Positions 11,291 through 25,318 of a stretch of 64,000 bases of DNA are shown here, piece after piece. Both the position numbers and the translations under genes were made by a program. The stretch lies in the NCBI RefSeq assembly GCF_009914755.1, contig NC_060942.1; one strand, given 5' to 3'. Source of the stretch: the human T2T-CHM13v2.0 reference genome, Homo sapiens. Below the pieces are notes generated by a model. It searched no databases. It saw nothing but the letters and a program-made list of their open reading frames with translations, and was not told the DNA's origin. Positions within the stretch are counted from its first letter, which is position 1. Every line of letters begins with the position of its first letter.

Positions 11291-12974
11291 TTAATTTTTT
11301 TCGTTTGAAAATATTTAAGATAAAACAGTTTGGCATGTAAATTAATTTCAAGTTCAGATATTTTTAAGAGAAAACTTTAGTGGTATTTTCCTTTACCTCT
11401 GTGAAGTTCAGAGGCGTTTACCCCTGCAGTGTCCACTGGAAAGGCTTCAGACTTTCAAAATCAGGGCATGGCTCCGCGACAGCGAGCCGTGGGCGTCAGC
11501 ACAGTGCCCTGTGCATGTGTCAGAACTGTTCCTGTTCCCTTTCATTTGCTGCTTTATTCAACGGCACCCAGTCATTGAGGAACCTTTTGAAAGTTCCTAA
11601 GTGTTTTGATCCTGCTTGTGTGCTCAAGTAACCATGAAGCACTGAAGCTGAAAGAATGAATTGCCTTTGCAAAGATACCAAACGTGAAGGTGGGGTGCAG
11701 GTACTGAGGAAGCAGGAGGCATGTAGCATGTGTGGAGTCCCACCTGCTAGATAATGCCCAAGCGGCTGCGTTTCCATAGAATGGCAATAGATGAAAATGA
11801 AGACATGTTTTCAAACATGCAGATTGAAATGCTACCCCACCCCCATCAAGCTCTACTTTTTCCCCTTTGAAAAACTTGAGGCACTTAGAAAGTATCTAAA
11901 TAGAGGAAATGCTATGACATGGCATCTGACAGCTTGCAGCCAGGTCAGTGGGAGGCTCATCAAATGCCACTCTCCTCTTCCTGACAGTGTGCTGCTGGTG
12001 GGACATGAACATCAGTGCTTGTCTGGCACTTAACTAGGGGATGTTTCCTTCGTGCATATTTTCTACTCCCCTGTTGTAATATTTTAAGGAAACTTGATCT
12101 TTGAAATTATAGCTAGTGTTCTGTGTCTTCCTTTGAACTCATATCACATTTATTACAAGAGACGCATGTGTTAGCACAGCTACACAATTTTTAGAAGTAG
12201 AAGTGGATTTCTTGTCTTGCTGTGGGTTTTCCTCATTTTAGAAGAATATTTGTAACTCATTAAGATACACATTTTAACATGAAATGACCATCACACAGAT
12301 TTATGTTTGGAAATATTCAAGATAAAATAGTTTGGCATGTAAATCAATTTCAAGATTTATGTACATAAGATTTTTAAAGGAAATAGGTAAGATATATAGA
12401 ACTGCTTTCTAGTGTATATTAAGGCTATCTCATGCCTGCTTCTTACATTTTTTTCTGAAGCTTATTTCAGAATTAATACCGTGCCCTTCCCTGACTAAAA
12501 AAAGTTAATCCAAGGATTGATCGTTGCGAATGTATCCCTTTTCCAAGACCTACTGCATAGGAAGTAAGTGAGGCAGAGATGAGATTATGCGGCGGATACT
12601 TCTGAAGGAAGCGTTCTTTTTGTGTCACTTAATCTGTGTTCACGTAACTTAGGCACTTTGGATTTTTTAGAATGAAATTTCAAAAGCGCCTACACGCACC
12701 ACCCAATTTAATGTCGTATCTGTACTTGGGGCCTCTACACCTTTCCCATATTCTAATGAAAAGATCGTACGCCAAAGGCCACTGAGCTGGCATCTTCTTC
12801 ATTGTGGAGAAAGTGGGAACCACAGAGCTTTTCGTGGGCCAGATGCCCACATATTCCTAGCAGAGACATGTTCTTTGTCATGGTGTGGCTTGCCACAACA
12901 TGTCCTGTTTGGTGGCTGGCCCTCTCCGAACGGATTCCCCTCCTCAGACCCCCATGCACGGATGAGCACATAGC

Positions 12975-13048
12975 TCACCCTCACCCTCACACACTCACCC
13001 ACACACTCACCCTCACACTCACCCACACACCCTCACACTCACCCTCCC
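12975..13048. repeat. Low-complexity (CACCCT/CACA) repeat
   Basis: caccctcaccctcacacactcacccacacactcaccctc... Confidence 0.8.
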
Positions 13049-13429
13049 TACACAGGCATCGGGGCAGTTCTTTATATGGATGACTAACAACTAAGAAAAA
13101 ATGAAGATTAGTATGAATGGCAGGAGCAACAGGCAGTCAGAAGAGATTTTTCTATTTAATCTTTTATGTGTAACACTTTACAGCATGAAGACGTATTCTA
13201 TCAATATTTGTATCATAATTGACAAATTCTCAAGTGACATAGGGATTTGTTCTTGATTCACCACTAAAGAAAATTTTTAAAGTTAATTTTTTTTAATTAC
13301 AGAAGAATTCTCTTTTTATCTTCACAATTGTTTCATGATCTATTTATACATTGGATGATATTTATTTAATCCAGTTTTGTATTAGAAATGGATAGTGATG
13401 CCAAAAGCCACCGTGCTGGCTTTAAAAAT

Positions 13430-13435
13430 AATAAA
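13430..13435 (+). terminator. Polyadenylation signal (ZNF236 distal candidate)
   Basis: AATAAA followed by ttttttgtattatttt and GT-rich tttgggttttgggtg. Confidence 0.5.
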
Positions 13436-15350
13436 AATAGTTTTTGTATTATTTTAAAACTCCTGTATATTTACTTCTTTGGGTTTTGGGTGAGTTGTCA
13501 CTGTTTAAAGGCGGACACTTCCTCTAGGTCACGTTTGCCATGGCTTAACACAATAGAGCAATGCTGAGTTGGCAACATATTCAAGCCCAGAGCATTTAAA
13601 TCCTGGAGGATGTCCCAGATTCCTGCTCTCTGCTTTCTCTCGTTTGAAAGGTATTAAAGTGACTTGAAATGCCGTGCGCATCCATCATAATATCAGTGTG
13701 TCTGTTTATGAGAGATGCCAGATCCTGGACTTCCCAGAAGCATCCATGGAGTTATTTTATGTCGTCGGGCTCTTTGTAAAGATATATTCATCTATTTTAC
13801 TATGCCTTACATTTCCAAACTGTTAGAGAAGTTGGTAATTGAGAGAGTCATCATCCTGTTGAAACAAGAGATTTCAATATACGTTTTCTTGGCACTGAGT
13901 AGGGACTCCACGTAGTTTTGGACTGAAAAAATTAAAGTGATGTTGACTTCCTGAATTTGGCTAAGAGGGAATGGTTAAGAAATTGCTTTACTGTTCTTTT
14001 CGCTTCTTTCTTTCGTTGTAGGAGGCATATTGCTCTGATAGATTTTGAAATAGAGTGGGTGAGGGAAGCGCTTTGGATCCCACTACGATGGATCATCTCA
14101 ACTATTGGCAGTGCTTTTCCAGGTGAGTTTTGCCCAGAGGCTGGACTCCCTGTGATAGCGAATAGAGTGCTGTCCCTTAAGCACAAGCAAAGGCTTGTAC
14201 CTGCAAGTGTGCTGTGCGCTCTCAATGCTGCGAGGGAGGTGGCGTGGGCCCCACTCAGACGAACTCTGCCTCTGACGGCTGCCTGTCCCTGGGCCAGCCA
14301 GTCACATTCTCTAGACCTGGCTCCTCGTCCCTGGGGTTAGTTGATTGAATTTCTTTCTTTCCAGCTCTGCCTTCTACTTCTATTCTCAGTTAACCGACCA
14401 CATGGTATTGGGAATCACTCTCCATGGGCCCCTTGCATTTCTTTGTGTTATATCCACATGCTCTTGTTGGGCTGTTTGTACAGAGCGCAGCCTGGGGAGA
14501 TGGCGATGGCCTCTTTCTCCAGCACGAAGGGACGTTTGCTTACTGATCAGTGTAATCAAGACACTGTTGCCCTCCGTACCAAAGGCCAGGCAGGTGCACT
14601 TCAAGTGACCCCCCTGTCTTGGCCTCCTGAGCAGCTGAAAGTCCGCTCCTCAAGCTCAGGCCCCTCCGCCACCACACCACCCACTGTGTGTGCAGGCATC
14701 TCCTGGCCCACTTTGCGTCCCACTTCGGGGCTGGGGGCTCAGATGTTCAAACAAATGCTGACCCTCTGGCTACTGCTCCTGTTACTGTGACTGAAATCCC
14801 CTTTGTCACCCCGGAGCCCACGTCCTCTGCCAGCAGCCAGGAGGCTGGCAGGCTGTCCTGAAAGGAAAGTGGGGAGAACCTGCGATGCTTCATGGCTGCT
14901 GACACCGTGGTCAGCCCTGGCTCAGCCTACAATATGCCTGGAAGTTGTTAAAATAAATGTTACTGATTATTCCTCACTGCCCACAGTGCTGCCCCCATCA
15001 TTGAGGACCTTCTCTTGTGACCTGGCACCTTTGAAACATTCAATCCCTTAAGGCACTACAGAAAGAATGACAGATGACACAGTGCACATCCACGGAGACG
15101 CCTCACACGCCCCTTCTACCAATTAACAGATGCTTCCCCAGTGTTGTTATTCTGGGCCAATGAAGAGAGTTTTACGTTACTATTTTAGTAATTAGAACAA
15201 AGAGATCATTGGTTACCTTGGTAACCAAGCTCTATAAGAAAAATTCTTACATTTAACGTGAGACAGCTCACTTTGATGTTATCTCAGCCAGTTTTTTAGT
15301 AGTTCTGGGTAGAGATGGACAACAACTGGCCATCTACCTTGAGATGCTCC

Positions 15351-15632
15351 TTTTATTTTTGAGTTAGGCTCTTACTTTGTCACCCAGGCTGGAGTGCAGA
15401 TCATGGCTCACTGCAGCCTCGACCTCCTGGATTCAGTGATCCTCCTACCTCAGCCTGCCGAGTAGCTGGGACTACCGGTGCACACCCCATACCCAGCTAA
15501 TTTTCATTATTTTGTTAGAGACAGTGTCTTGCTATGTTAGCCAGGCTGGTTTCAATGTCCTGACTTCAAGTGATCTCCCCGCCTTGGCCTCCTGAGCAGC
15601 TGAAAGTACAGGTGGGAGCCACTGCTCCTGGC
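15351..15632 (-). mobile_element. Alu (AluJ-like)
   Basis: Reverse Alu body cccaggctggagtgca...gagccactgctcctggc, diverged. Confidence 0.9.
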
Positions 15633-15703
15633 TGAAGATACTCTTCACCATGCGCATTTTCTAGTTACCTTTCAATCATGCTTCTCAACTTTAGTAACGC
15701 TAA

Positions 15704-16064
<361 letters not shown>

Positions 16065-17066
16065 TTTTTTTTTTTTTTTAAGCAGTTTCAAGCTTACAGA
16101 AAAGCTGTAAGGCAAGAACTGAGAACTCTTCATGTGCAGGCCTCCATAGACCCCAGTCACGCGCTGCCCATGTCTGAGTGACGGTGTCTTCCTAGCACAC
16201 CACACTTGCCATAGCCCGGTACTGCTTATAGCTCTGAAGTTTGCTTGCCACGGTACAGATGAAACTGTCTCCCAGGAGACCTGAAAGCTGCCCAACCTGT
16301 GTGGCGGGGACATGATCTTAAGGGCTTTTGCCACAACCTGTGGTAAAGCAGGCAGGCAGGCCGCTGACCCCTGGTGAGCTAACAGCCTGGCCACCACGTT
16401 GGAAGGTAGATTCCGACTCAGGATCATCTCTAGTTTTCACATGAACTTTAAATCAGAAGCGGGAACTTAGCTGAGAGGTGGAGGGGCCCTGGCTGGTGCT
16501 GGCGGTAGTGGAAGGAGTCACTGTTTTATGGATGCCCTCGAGTCTTGACCTGTTAGTGAGCTCCAGGAACTTGTAAGATTCTGGAGCTGGATAAACAAGC
16601 CATTTCCCGGTGGTGGGAAGTCGAGGTGAGGGGCTGTAGAAGGAGGAGCCCTGGCCTGCATCACTGAGACGAGGTTGGAGGTGCCTAGAAGGTGGATGAG
16701 TGCCGGTTGCAATCAGGCTGTTTCTGAAAAACCAGACCACTCATTTTCCTTCTACGCAGGTGCGGTCACACGAAGTTGCTCCGGCATCTTGTGCTGGAGT
16801 GAGCTGTGGTGGTTAACAAGCCACACAGCCTTGCCTGTGCTGTTGGGTCAACCTTGCCTTCATATCCTATCGTTTAGGATTTCAGTGACTATTTACTATT
16901 TACAATAGAGGAATCACAATAGAGAAATATGCCAGCGTGCTTCACTTCATATTATGTTTTTTTGGCAAAGAGGCAAGAGTACTGCAGAGTCTTGGATTTA
17001 ATTATAACATCTTGCCAAATGGTGGCTTAGAAAATATTTGTTGTTGCATGAGGGAAAATATATTTC

Positions 17067-17470
17067 TGTTATGGATGGAACTGTGTCCTCCCACAATGTG
17101 TGTTTTGAAGCTCTCACTCCCAATGCCATTGTGTTTGGAGATGAGATAGATAGGTAGGGGCTTTAGGGAGGGAATTCAGGTTGGAGATAGGGGCTTTAAG
17201 GAGGGAATTCAGGTTCAATGAGGTCGTAAGGCCAGGGCTCTTATCCAGTAAGACTGGGGTCCTTAGATGAGAAAGAGACACCCGAGGTCCTTCTCTCTGC
17301 CGTGTGAGGATGCATCAAGAAGGCGGCCGTCTGCAAGCGAAGGAGAGGCCGCACCAGAAACCGACACCTTCATCTTGGACTTGCAGCCTCTAGAACTGAG
17401 AAAATAACTGTCTGTTGGTTAAGCCACCCAGTTTGTAGTATTCTCTTATGGCTTCCTAAGCAGACTAACA
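17067..17470 (+). mobile_element. MaLR solo LTR (MLT1-like)
   Basis: TGTTATGG... start, cttggacttgcagcctctagaactgag and gcagactaaCA end typical of MLT1. Internal ~30-bp duplication at about 17150-17215. Confidence 0.8.
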
Positions 17471-18640
17471 AACAAACACCCAAAATTAACTGATGGCTTC
17501 GCTGTCTTCTGTAAAAATTGCTATGAGAGAACTTTTCACTCACTGTTTTGCAGTTTCTCCCTCAGTCCCTGGTTCTTTCTTCTCACATAATCCCAATTTC
17601 AATTTATAGTTCATGGCCCAGGCAGAGTCATTCATCACGGCATCTCCTGAGCTAAACCAGCACCTGCTCTGCTCACTTCTTGACTGGCTGCTCATCATCA
17701 GCCCTCTGCAGAGATTTCATTTCCTCCGTGCCAGGTACTTCACGCACCAAGCTCAGAGGCTGCCCTATCAATTTCATACGCGTTCCCTGCCCCTACAGAC
17801 GGGCAGGCCAGCTCTGAATGGCAGGGTGTGGCTGGCAGTTGGAAGCGTGATCACTACGGCTTTCTATGTTCAGTTCCACAGACCCTCACGGCCCCTCTAG
17901 CCTCTACTGACTGTGGTCCTGACAGCCTGCGCAGGCCATGGGGAAGGTCCTGACAGGCTGCGCGGGTGGTGGGGAAGGGCATCTGCGTCCATGAGGCTGG
18001 GGCTCCAGCAGCCCCTCCTCTTGGCTCTCAGCCTGGTAAGTTAATTTCCAGTCACCTTCAGGAGAAAGTAGGCGGGCCTCTTCAGGCAAGCGTTCAGTGA
18101 GCACACAAGCTCCCTGGCTCAGTTCCTATCTTGCTGTGTTTTATTTTAAAATACTCACCCAAGTATTGTACTGTCATGGTGAATGCTAGCTTATGATGTA
18201 CCCTTGGTTTGCCTTTTAATGCATTTTCCACATATGTTACATTTAGACTTGCCAATGAAAAGAATACAATTTTTAAAATGTAATTATCTTTGCATGATTT
18301 TCCAAATTCCTCAGTTGGAAGGGGTCTGGGCAGAGAAGTGTAGCCAGTGAACGTGGGCTTTCTGTCTGCCACGCCTGCCAGGCGAGCTCAGGTGGCCATG
18401 CCTCCAGCCTCGGCAGTTTTTCCTGCTATTGCAATGAATGCAATCATATTCTCAAGCTTCTCACCCTGCTTATCATGCTGGAGTCTGAGGCTCTCTGACC
18501 CCCGGGAAACAGGAGCATGTAATCCTACCCTCATTCAGCATGGAAGTTCCCCTTCATAAAGGTCACAGATGCAAAGCATTTCTCACAGCTGCTGCTGAGA
18601 CACGGAGGGGAACTGGTGATTCCATTAAAAGCAAAACAAA

Positions 18641-18993
<353 letters not shown>

Positions 18994-19392
18994 CTATAAG
19001 TAAAACATTGCTTCACGCTCTTTCATGCTTTCAGAGAAAAAGGTGGCAAGGGGAACACGTCCAAGACTCCTGGGTTCACATCTGCAGGGTGTGTACACTA
19101 GCCACACAGCAGAACACAGACAGACTTGGAAGCTTGTCTTCAGAGACACTAAATATTTTTTTCCTGGTGAGAGAATCAGTGCCCTAACAACTACCTCTGT
19201 TCCACTTTCTTCAGTAGCCATCGACCCTCTGATGAGGATGCCCCCTCCAACAGGCACCGCCAGGCAGCCCTGCCTGGAGACCCAGAGGCACTGAGTCACA
19301 TTTGCTCTGCACACCTGGCTCTCGCTTGATGTGGGCCTGTGTGCTACAGCCCGGAACACAAAAGAAGACACCCATGCAAATACCATTAAAAG

Positions 19393-19406
19393 TTTATTGT
19401 TTTATT
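19393..19406 (-). terminator. MBP polyadenylation signals (tandem AATAAA)
   Basis: TTTATT on + at 19393-19398 and 19401-19406, about 1.57 kb past the MBP stop. Confidence 0.85.
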
Positions 19407-19960
19407 TCAATATTCAGGAACAGTGTACACTTTCCGTTCAGCCATCGTCACAGCACGTGCTGTGTGGGTGCGGCCACGTATGGATCGCAGAGCCGACCTC
19501 AGCTCAGCGACGCAGAGTGCTTCTGCTGAAAAATTTGGAGGTTTGTGTCTGGAGTTTTGTTCTTTGTAACTCTCTCATCATCGAGGCTATATATTAATAG
19601 ACATGGTATTAAGCCCACACGAAACATTCAGAATTAGAATTGGATTAAGAAGACGCGTTTTGGCATCACGCTGACTACTCCTCATCTCCGTCCTCGGGGA
19701 GGGTGATGCCAGCGTGGGACTCTTTGGAAGGCCTATCAATCACAGGTGCGCTAAAATCAAAAGGTGGGTCAGTAGGTTAGGGAGGGAGGCGCGAAAGGAG
19801 ATGCCAGCGGGTGTTAAGAAGGATATGGTCAGAAGAGCTCTTTGTCTCCATCCACGGCGCCGTCTGCTCAGCCCGTGTGTCTCGGTGAGTAATTCGGGAG
19901 CAGGTGCACGCCTGTGCCTACTCGCTACCACGCGTCTTCTGGGAGGAAGTGAATGAGCCG

Positions 19961-19984
19961 GTTATCTTCTCAGGGAGGGTTAGT
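19961..19984 (-). promoter_or_regulatory. Quaking (QKI) response element, ACUAAC-N14-UAAC
   Basis: Minus strand reads ACTAACcctccctgagaagaTAAC, matching the bipartite QKI consensus. QKI regulation of MBP mRNA is established. Confidence 0.65.
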
Positions 19985-20574
19985 GCTGGCCACTGTGCAC
20001 TGCCGCTGCCAGCACGCCCGGTCACAGCCAGTGTCTATGGGCGTCTGGCGCGGCTGCGAGGCTGTCTAGAGGACTCCTACCCTTCTGCTCTGAGTGCGCA
20101 AGTCTTCCTGGACTCTCCGGCTGTGGGCTGTGGTTTGGAAACGAGGTTGTTCATAGAGGCTGCTCTGGGGCCACCATGCAGGGCAACGGTGACGTCCAGA
20201 GGCCACCTGCTTGACATCTCCATCACCAAATCTCCAGGAAGACCCTGTTTCCTATGTGAGGCCATTGCCCAGCCCACGTTTGCCTCCTTTTCCTCCCTCT
20301 GCCACACGCGAATTCAGCTAATTGGGGTGTGTGGGCAGCCACGGCCTGGGGAGGTGGCCCCCTCTCTGTGCTGCCCCACGTTGGACTCTAACAGCTGCCC
20401 AGCCCGCATGTCACATACCAAAAGCTCCCACATGTAGTAAGCCACTCCTTGACTGTCTAATCCTGTTAGGAAAAATGAAGTCTACTTTAGGAGGTGAGAG
20501 AAGGACAGGAAAAAAAAACAAAGGAAGCTTGGATGTCAACAGTCCTCTCTGCCGCCCACGTCCTCTCTGTCTCT

Positions 20575-20595
20575 GCAGCTGTGTGCCTCCATGGC
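20575..20595 (-). promoter_or_regulatory. RNA transport signal / hnRNP A2 response element (A2RE)
   Basis: Minus strand GCCATGGAGGCACACAGCTGC resembles the rodent RTS GCCAAGGAGCCAGAGAGCATG, about 380 nt past the stop. Confidence 0.7.
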
Positions 20596-20911
20596 AGTGA
20601 CCAGCAAAAGCGCAAGGGTGCCGCAGCCACGGCGAAAAGAAAGTCCAAGGGTGGAGGGGTGAACGTGGAGGGACGTCTGTGCACCTGGCCCCCTGAAGAC
20701 CCACGTGCGTCTGGGGGCACATTGCGGGGGAAGGAACGTGATCTTCACACAGAAAGGGACAGTTTTAACCGTTTTCTGTTTTCATGTTCTCATTTAACTG
20801 TTGGCCGGAAATTGCCGGTAGGCTGCCGTGGCCTGACCCTACTACGTGCACAACTCCGCAGGCATTAGGGGAGGGGTCATCTGCTCTAATTAGGTAACAG
20901 GGGCAAGTGGG

Positions 20912-20943
20912 ATTAAAGTTTTAAGGCAGTTATATTAAGAAGC
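20912..20943 (-). promoter_or_regulatory. Proximal UAAY-rich QKI-binding region of the MBP 3'UTR
   Basis: Minus strand cttctTAATaTAACtgccttaaaacttTAAT just after the stop codon. Confidence 0.55.
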
Positions 20944-20974
20944 TGAGGACAGGATTCCGGAACCAGGTGGGTTT

Positions 20975-21019
20975 TCAGCGTCTAGCCATGGGTGATCCAG
21001 AGCGACTATCTCTTCCTCC
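20975..21019 (-). CDS. MBP: MBP classic exon 7 (terminal coding part)
   Basis: TTTCAG| acceptor. Encodes GGRDSRSGSPMARR*. Confidence 0.97.
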   Translation of the reverse strand, partial: GGRDSRSGSPMARR

Positions 21020-24000
21020 CTGAAAAGGAAGAGAGAGGAGTTAGGACGAGAGTGCCGCAGGGTCCTCCCACACCAGCATCCCCTCTTCTGTGGTCCCGGG
21101 TGGATGCTGAGCCATTGGGTGTCTCTCTCATCTGCTAATAGAAATGGCACCCCGGAGAGCTGGTCTTTTCATTCCATTTCTCCCGACCTCCCTCAGCAAA
21201 TGCTAATTGAATTTCCAGTTCTGTGAGAGAGAACTGGAATCGGATTCCCAGGCCCCAGGGAGTGGTGCCTGGCATAACCACTGCTCTGCAAAACAACGCT
21301 GCACTTCTGTGGGTGAAAGTGCAGCCGCTCCATTGCTTTGCTTTGAATGAGCACTTTTTCTCGTCAGCTAGAGGTGCCAGGGCAGCCGAGGGGAACTGCC
21401 AGCGACAACAGGAGCAACTTCTTTTTCGGCGGGACCCTAGCACACCCCTTGCTACACGCGCCAGCAAAGAGCAAAGCCACGTGTCCATCCCTGGGGACGT
21501 CCCTCCTATGTGCCATCTCATCTGCCACACCAGACAAATCAAATGCACAGAGAGCTTTGTCTGCAAACTTTGACTTGAAGGGGTCTTAAAACCATGCATT
21601 TACACGTTTGGGGGACAAATAATTTCGATGTTTAAAAGAGAGTTGGCAGCTAATTGAGATGGTGCACAGGTGTGCTGTGGCCCACAGTGTGGAGGTAGCC
21701 AGGCGTGGCCATCCCTCTAGAAAGAGGAATGCGTTGGTCACTCAGAATGTCACTTAGATCGACAAAGCAGAACTGCACTTTTTTTGCATTCAAATTTTTA
21801 TTCAAAGTTCAGTCTCTCTCCTTGGGTTTCCCCTCTTTTATGAAATGATCAATTTTGGCGAAAAGCCCCCAGAAAGCAAGAAAGAAAAGAAATATGCTCT
21901 TTACCGTGGCCGATCAGCAACGAACCAACACTGTCCTCATCTAATTCTACGTCTTCCACACTGCCCAGTAACACAAATAACCAGAGCGCAGACGCCAAGA
22001 ATCCTTCCAAGTAACGCAGCTAACAGACCAAGGTGACAGTTCTGACTTCTTGGGGGGTTTTCCAAGTACATACGTAGCATTATAAACAAGCCTCTATGTT
22101 GTGCTTACACAACTCACTCAAGGGATTTTTGTTTTCACAAGTGAAAACGTTTATGAAATGCTAGCCTGCGAAGCCGCTTCAGGAACCATCTAGTGAGATT
22201 TCCCTCCCAAGACAGGCAGCTTTCTCACATACCGTGGAGGCCTCCTGCCGGCCTGGGGACTGACAGGTGCAGGGCCCTGCCCCTCGAGGGCCAGCCTCTC
22301 CCTCGGGAGCGTGGGTTTTTCCTGTTTGATCCTGGCTTAACTTGAACATCTCTGGCATTGGAGCTGCCCTCTGGAGTAGCCCAGAAGTTGGCACTCACCT
22401 CACCTTTTGCTGCATTTCCAAGAGATCAGCCTTTGGACTTCCTGGAAAGTGGTAGAACCACTGTCCTATGAAACAAAGTGCTTCTGTGCTGAAATGGAGT
22501 AAGTTCCCTGCAGCCTCTGGCAAGGTAACCTACCGAGGTACAATCTTAACTTTCTTGATGCCCCCTTTTGACATTGAAAATGGTGGGTGTATTGGTTTTA
22601 CTTTTTATCATTGAAACTACAATTTGTTGAGCACTGACCATGCAGGAAACCCGTTTTTCCCCGTTTTCTCTTTTGTGCTCACAGCACCTCCTGGAGTAGG
22701 TGTTCCTATCATCCTCTCTTTATAGCCCAGGAGCCAAAGCTCAGCCAGCCCGAAGGAGCCAGGATTAGAGCCTGCATGGATGCAACAGTCACGCTTCTCT
22801 CTATTACGTGTCTTGCAACTTGGAGTCACATGATCTCAGCATCTGATCCACCCTGGGCTCAGGTCAGTATAAGGCTGAACTCACAAGGTGAGGGTTAGAC
22901 TGACCTCCTCTCTCAGGACAGGAAAAGAACAGAGCCTACTGCAAAAGGCAGATACTCTTGCCTCCACTTTGACATCTCACAACTCCACAGCAACACTACG
23001 GGTGGGAAAACATTCACATGTATGTTCGTGGAAACTAATGCACATGGAAACAGGATGCTCCTATGATGTTCTGATGTAGTTTCCGAGTGATGGGGGGACA
23101 TGCATAGTTTTTTCTACCCAGTTCCTACCGACAGCGCTAGACTTCCAGATTTGAGTGTTTTCCTCTCACTACTGATTTCCAACAGCACCAAAAAGAACAG
23201 GAAGGAAAGATGGTAAAATGATGTTAAATGCTATGAAGTCCCTGTCCTCTCCATCTGCCTGCCTCTAGACCCCCTCATTTCTGGGGGAGCTGATTTATTA
23301 ATCTATTGGAACTGCTCCAAGTCAACTAATTCAGCCATACGGCCATAGTAGGCCAGTTATGAACTTTTTATGCAGTAAAATTTAATTACAACCATATGAT
23401 TTGAAATTTGCTTTGATACATAGAAGCTTCCCTTGAACTCTACAGAAATTAATTTTTAAAAGCTTCTTACAAAAAAGTTCAGGGAAAATACTGAACTTAT
23501 TTCAGGAAACACATGTGTATAGTACACTGGTTATATTTGCACACAGCAAATGTGCAGATCTAAATGCAGCTTCCTGTTCCTCAGGGTGGTCTTGGTAAGC
23601 TCTGGCCTTGCAAGCATCTTTGAGTGACTGGTTGTAAGCCTTGCATATATTGCAAGGACAATATTTGCTAAATGGGGCCCCTCACTCATCTGGGCCCTCC
23701 CATCAACTCTGAGCCAGCACTCAGCTCTCCCGGTGTGTCTAACAGTCCTTAAGCTGGTAGTGGAGTAATTAGTTTTCCAGATGGGATGAATCCGTGTTTC
23801 CCAGGTGAGCACGGTGTCTGCAAAATCATCACAACTAGCAACACCTAGTTCGCCCTTGGACATTCTGACTCAGTGAGGCTGTGGCGGAGCGCAGATAGGG
23901 GTCTGGGCGTGCATCCCAGGCGATTCAGAGGCAGGTGACGTGCTGGCCAGGTGGGGCGGGGCCGTCCTGACTGCAGTGCTGGGTTCAGACACTGCTCCCC

Positions 24001-25318
24001 GGGGAGCCTCATCTCCGCCCTCTTGTGGCCACATCCCAGAACTGCGGCAATGTACAGCATGATGGCCCTGAGACTTGAATATTTGGAGAATTTTTTTCTT
24101 AACTCAGAATTTACGTTGAGGAGTGGATCCTGCCTACCACTTCATCTGACATAAAGCTGCTTACTTAGCAGCTCAGTTACTCCCTGCTCACTTCACATAT
24201 TAAAAGCTTCTCCTAAGACCGGCTATCCTTAAGAGCAGGGGCTGTGCCCTGAATTGCCTGTTGTCCACAGAACCTCCCAGAACCTCCCAGAATCGAGGCT
24301 CACGGCAGAGGTTCTGCACTCACCAAGGACGCGGGGGGACCATGTCTGTGCTCATGTGGATCCCAGCTGCTGGGCAGAGCACACCACACATCCAGACTCA
24401 ACAAAATACATGGAGTCAAAGGTCAGGTGACTGAATCAATGAGTATGTTACACACCAAGAAAGACCCCTCCTTTCTGCACCCCGGGGAGCAGCCCCAGAG
24501 GCCTGGTCTCCTCCAGGATGAAAATGCAAACGCAGGTGCCTGGGGGCTCCCAGAGCCTTTGGCTTCACGGTTCCCTCCCGGCCCTGCCTGGAGCTTCATG
24601 TGCCTCCCCTTTTGCTTAATGAGAGCCGCTGTCTAAGAGTTAAGGGTTTTCTGGGTGACGTTTAACAATAATAAAGGTGACTGCTTATCTAAGGAATCCG
24701 AGCCGCGCACCTGCCAGCCGCGTTTTGTGTTTGTCACTACCTTTTACTTTCACAGCGATTTTGTGAGCCGAGTGGGCGGGTTACCTCCATTTTACAGATG
24801 AGAAAACCAAGTCTCAGAGACAGAGCTTATAAACAGCGGGCCTGGCATTCGTCCTGGGTCTGGTTCCAGGTCCTCATGAGCCGACGGGACACTCCCCACT
24901 CCCTGGAGGTCTCCTGGGCATTCCCTCCCGTGGCTCCAGGGATCTCCCCCCGACACCCACGTCTGCTTGACTCCTGCTTTAGCTCCCTGAGGGCCCCAAC
25001 CCCTGGGCATGAGCAAGTTGGACTCCAGCTGGGCCCTGCCCCAGAGTCAAGGTCAGTCGCCTGCTCCAGGGCCCCTGAACCAGCCCAGGCGCAGCCCTTC
25101 CTCAAGCACCTCCGGCTTCACATGCATCTCGGAGGAAATCCACGCGTAAATGCGGGTGGGCAATGCCACCTGAGCCCCTGCACGCCTGCTGGGACAGAGC
25201 ACGTCCAGGGTACAGTGCGGCTGAGCCAGAGGCGGCAGCCACCCTTGTACTCAGCTTAGTTGGGGATTCTGGGAGCCCTTAGTCCCCGCTCAGTGGAGCT
25301 GAGCAGAGGGTACCTTAC

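Larger units (their letters stand above)
19378..20974 (-). other. MBP: MBP 3'UTR
   Basis: Lies between the TGA (20977-20975) and the tandem AATAAA. Exact cleavage site estimated. Confidence 0.85.
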
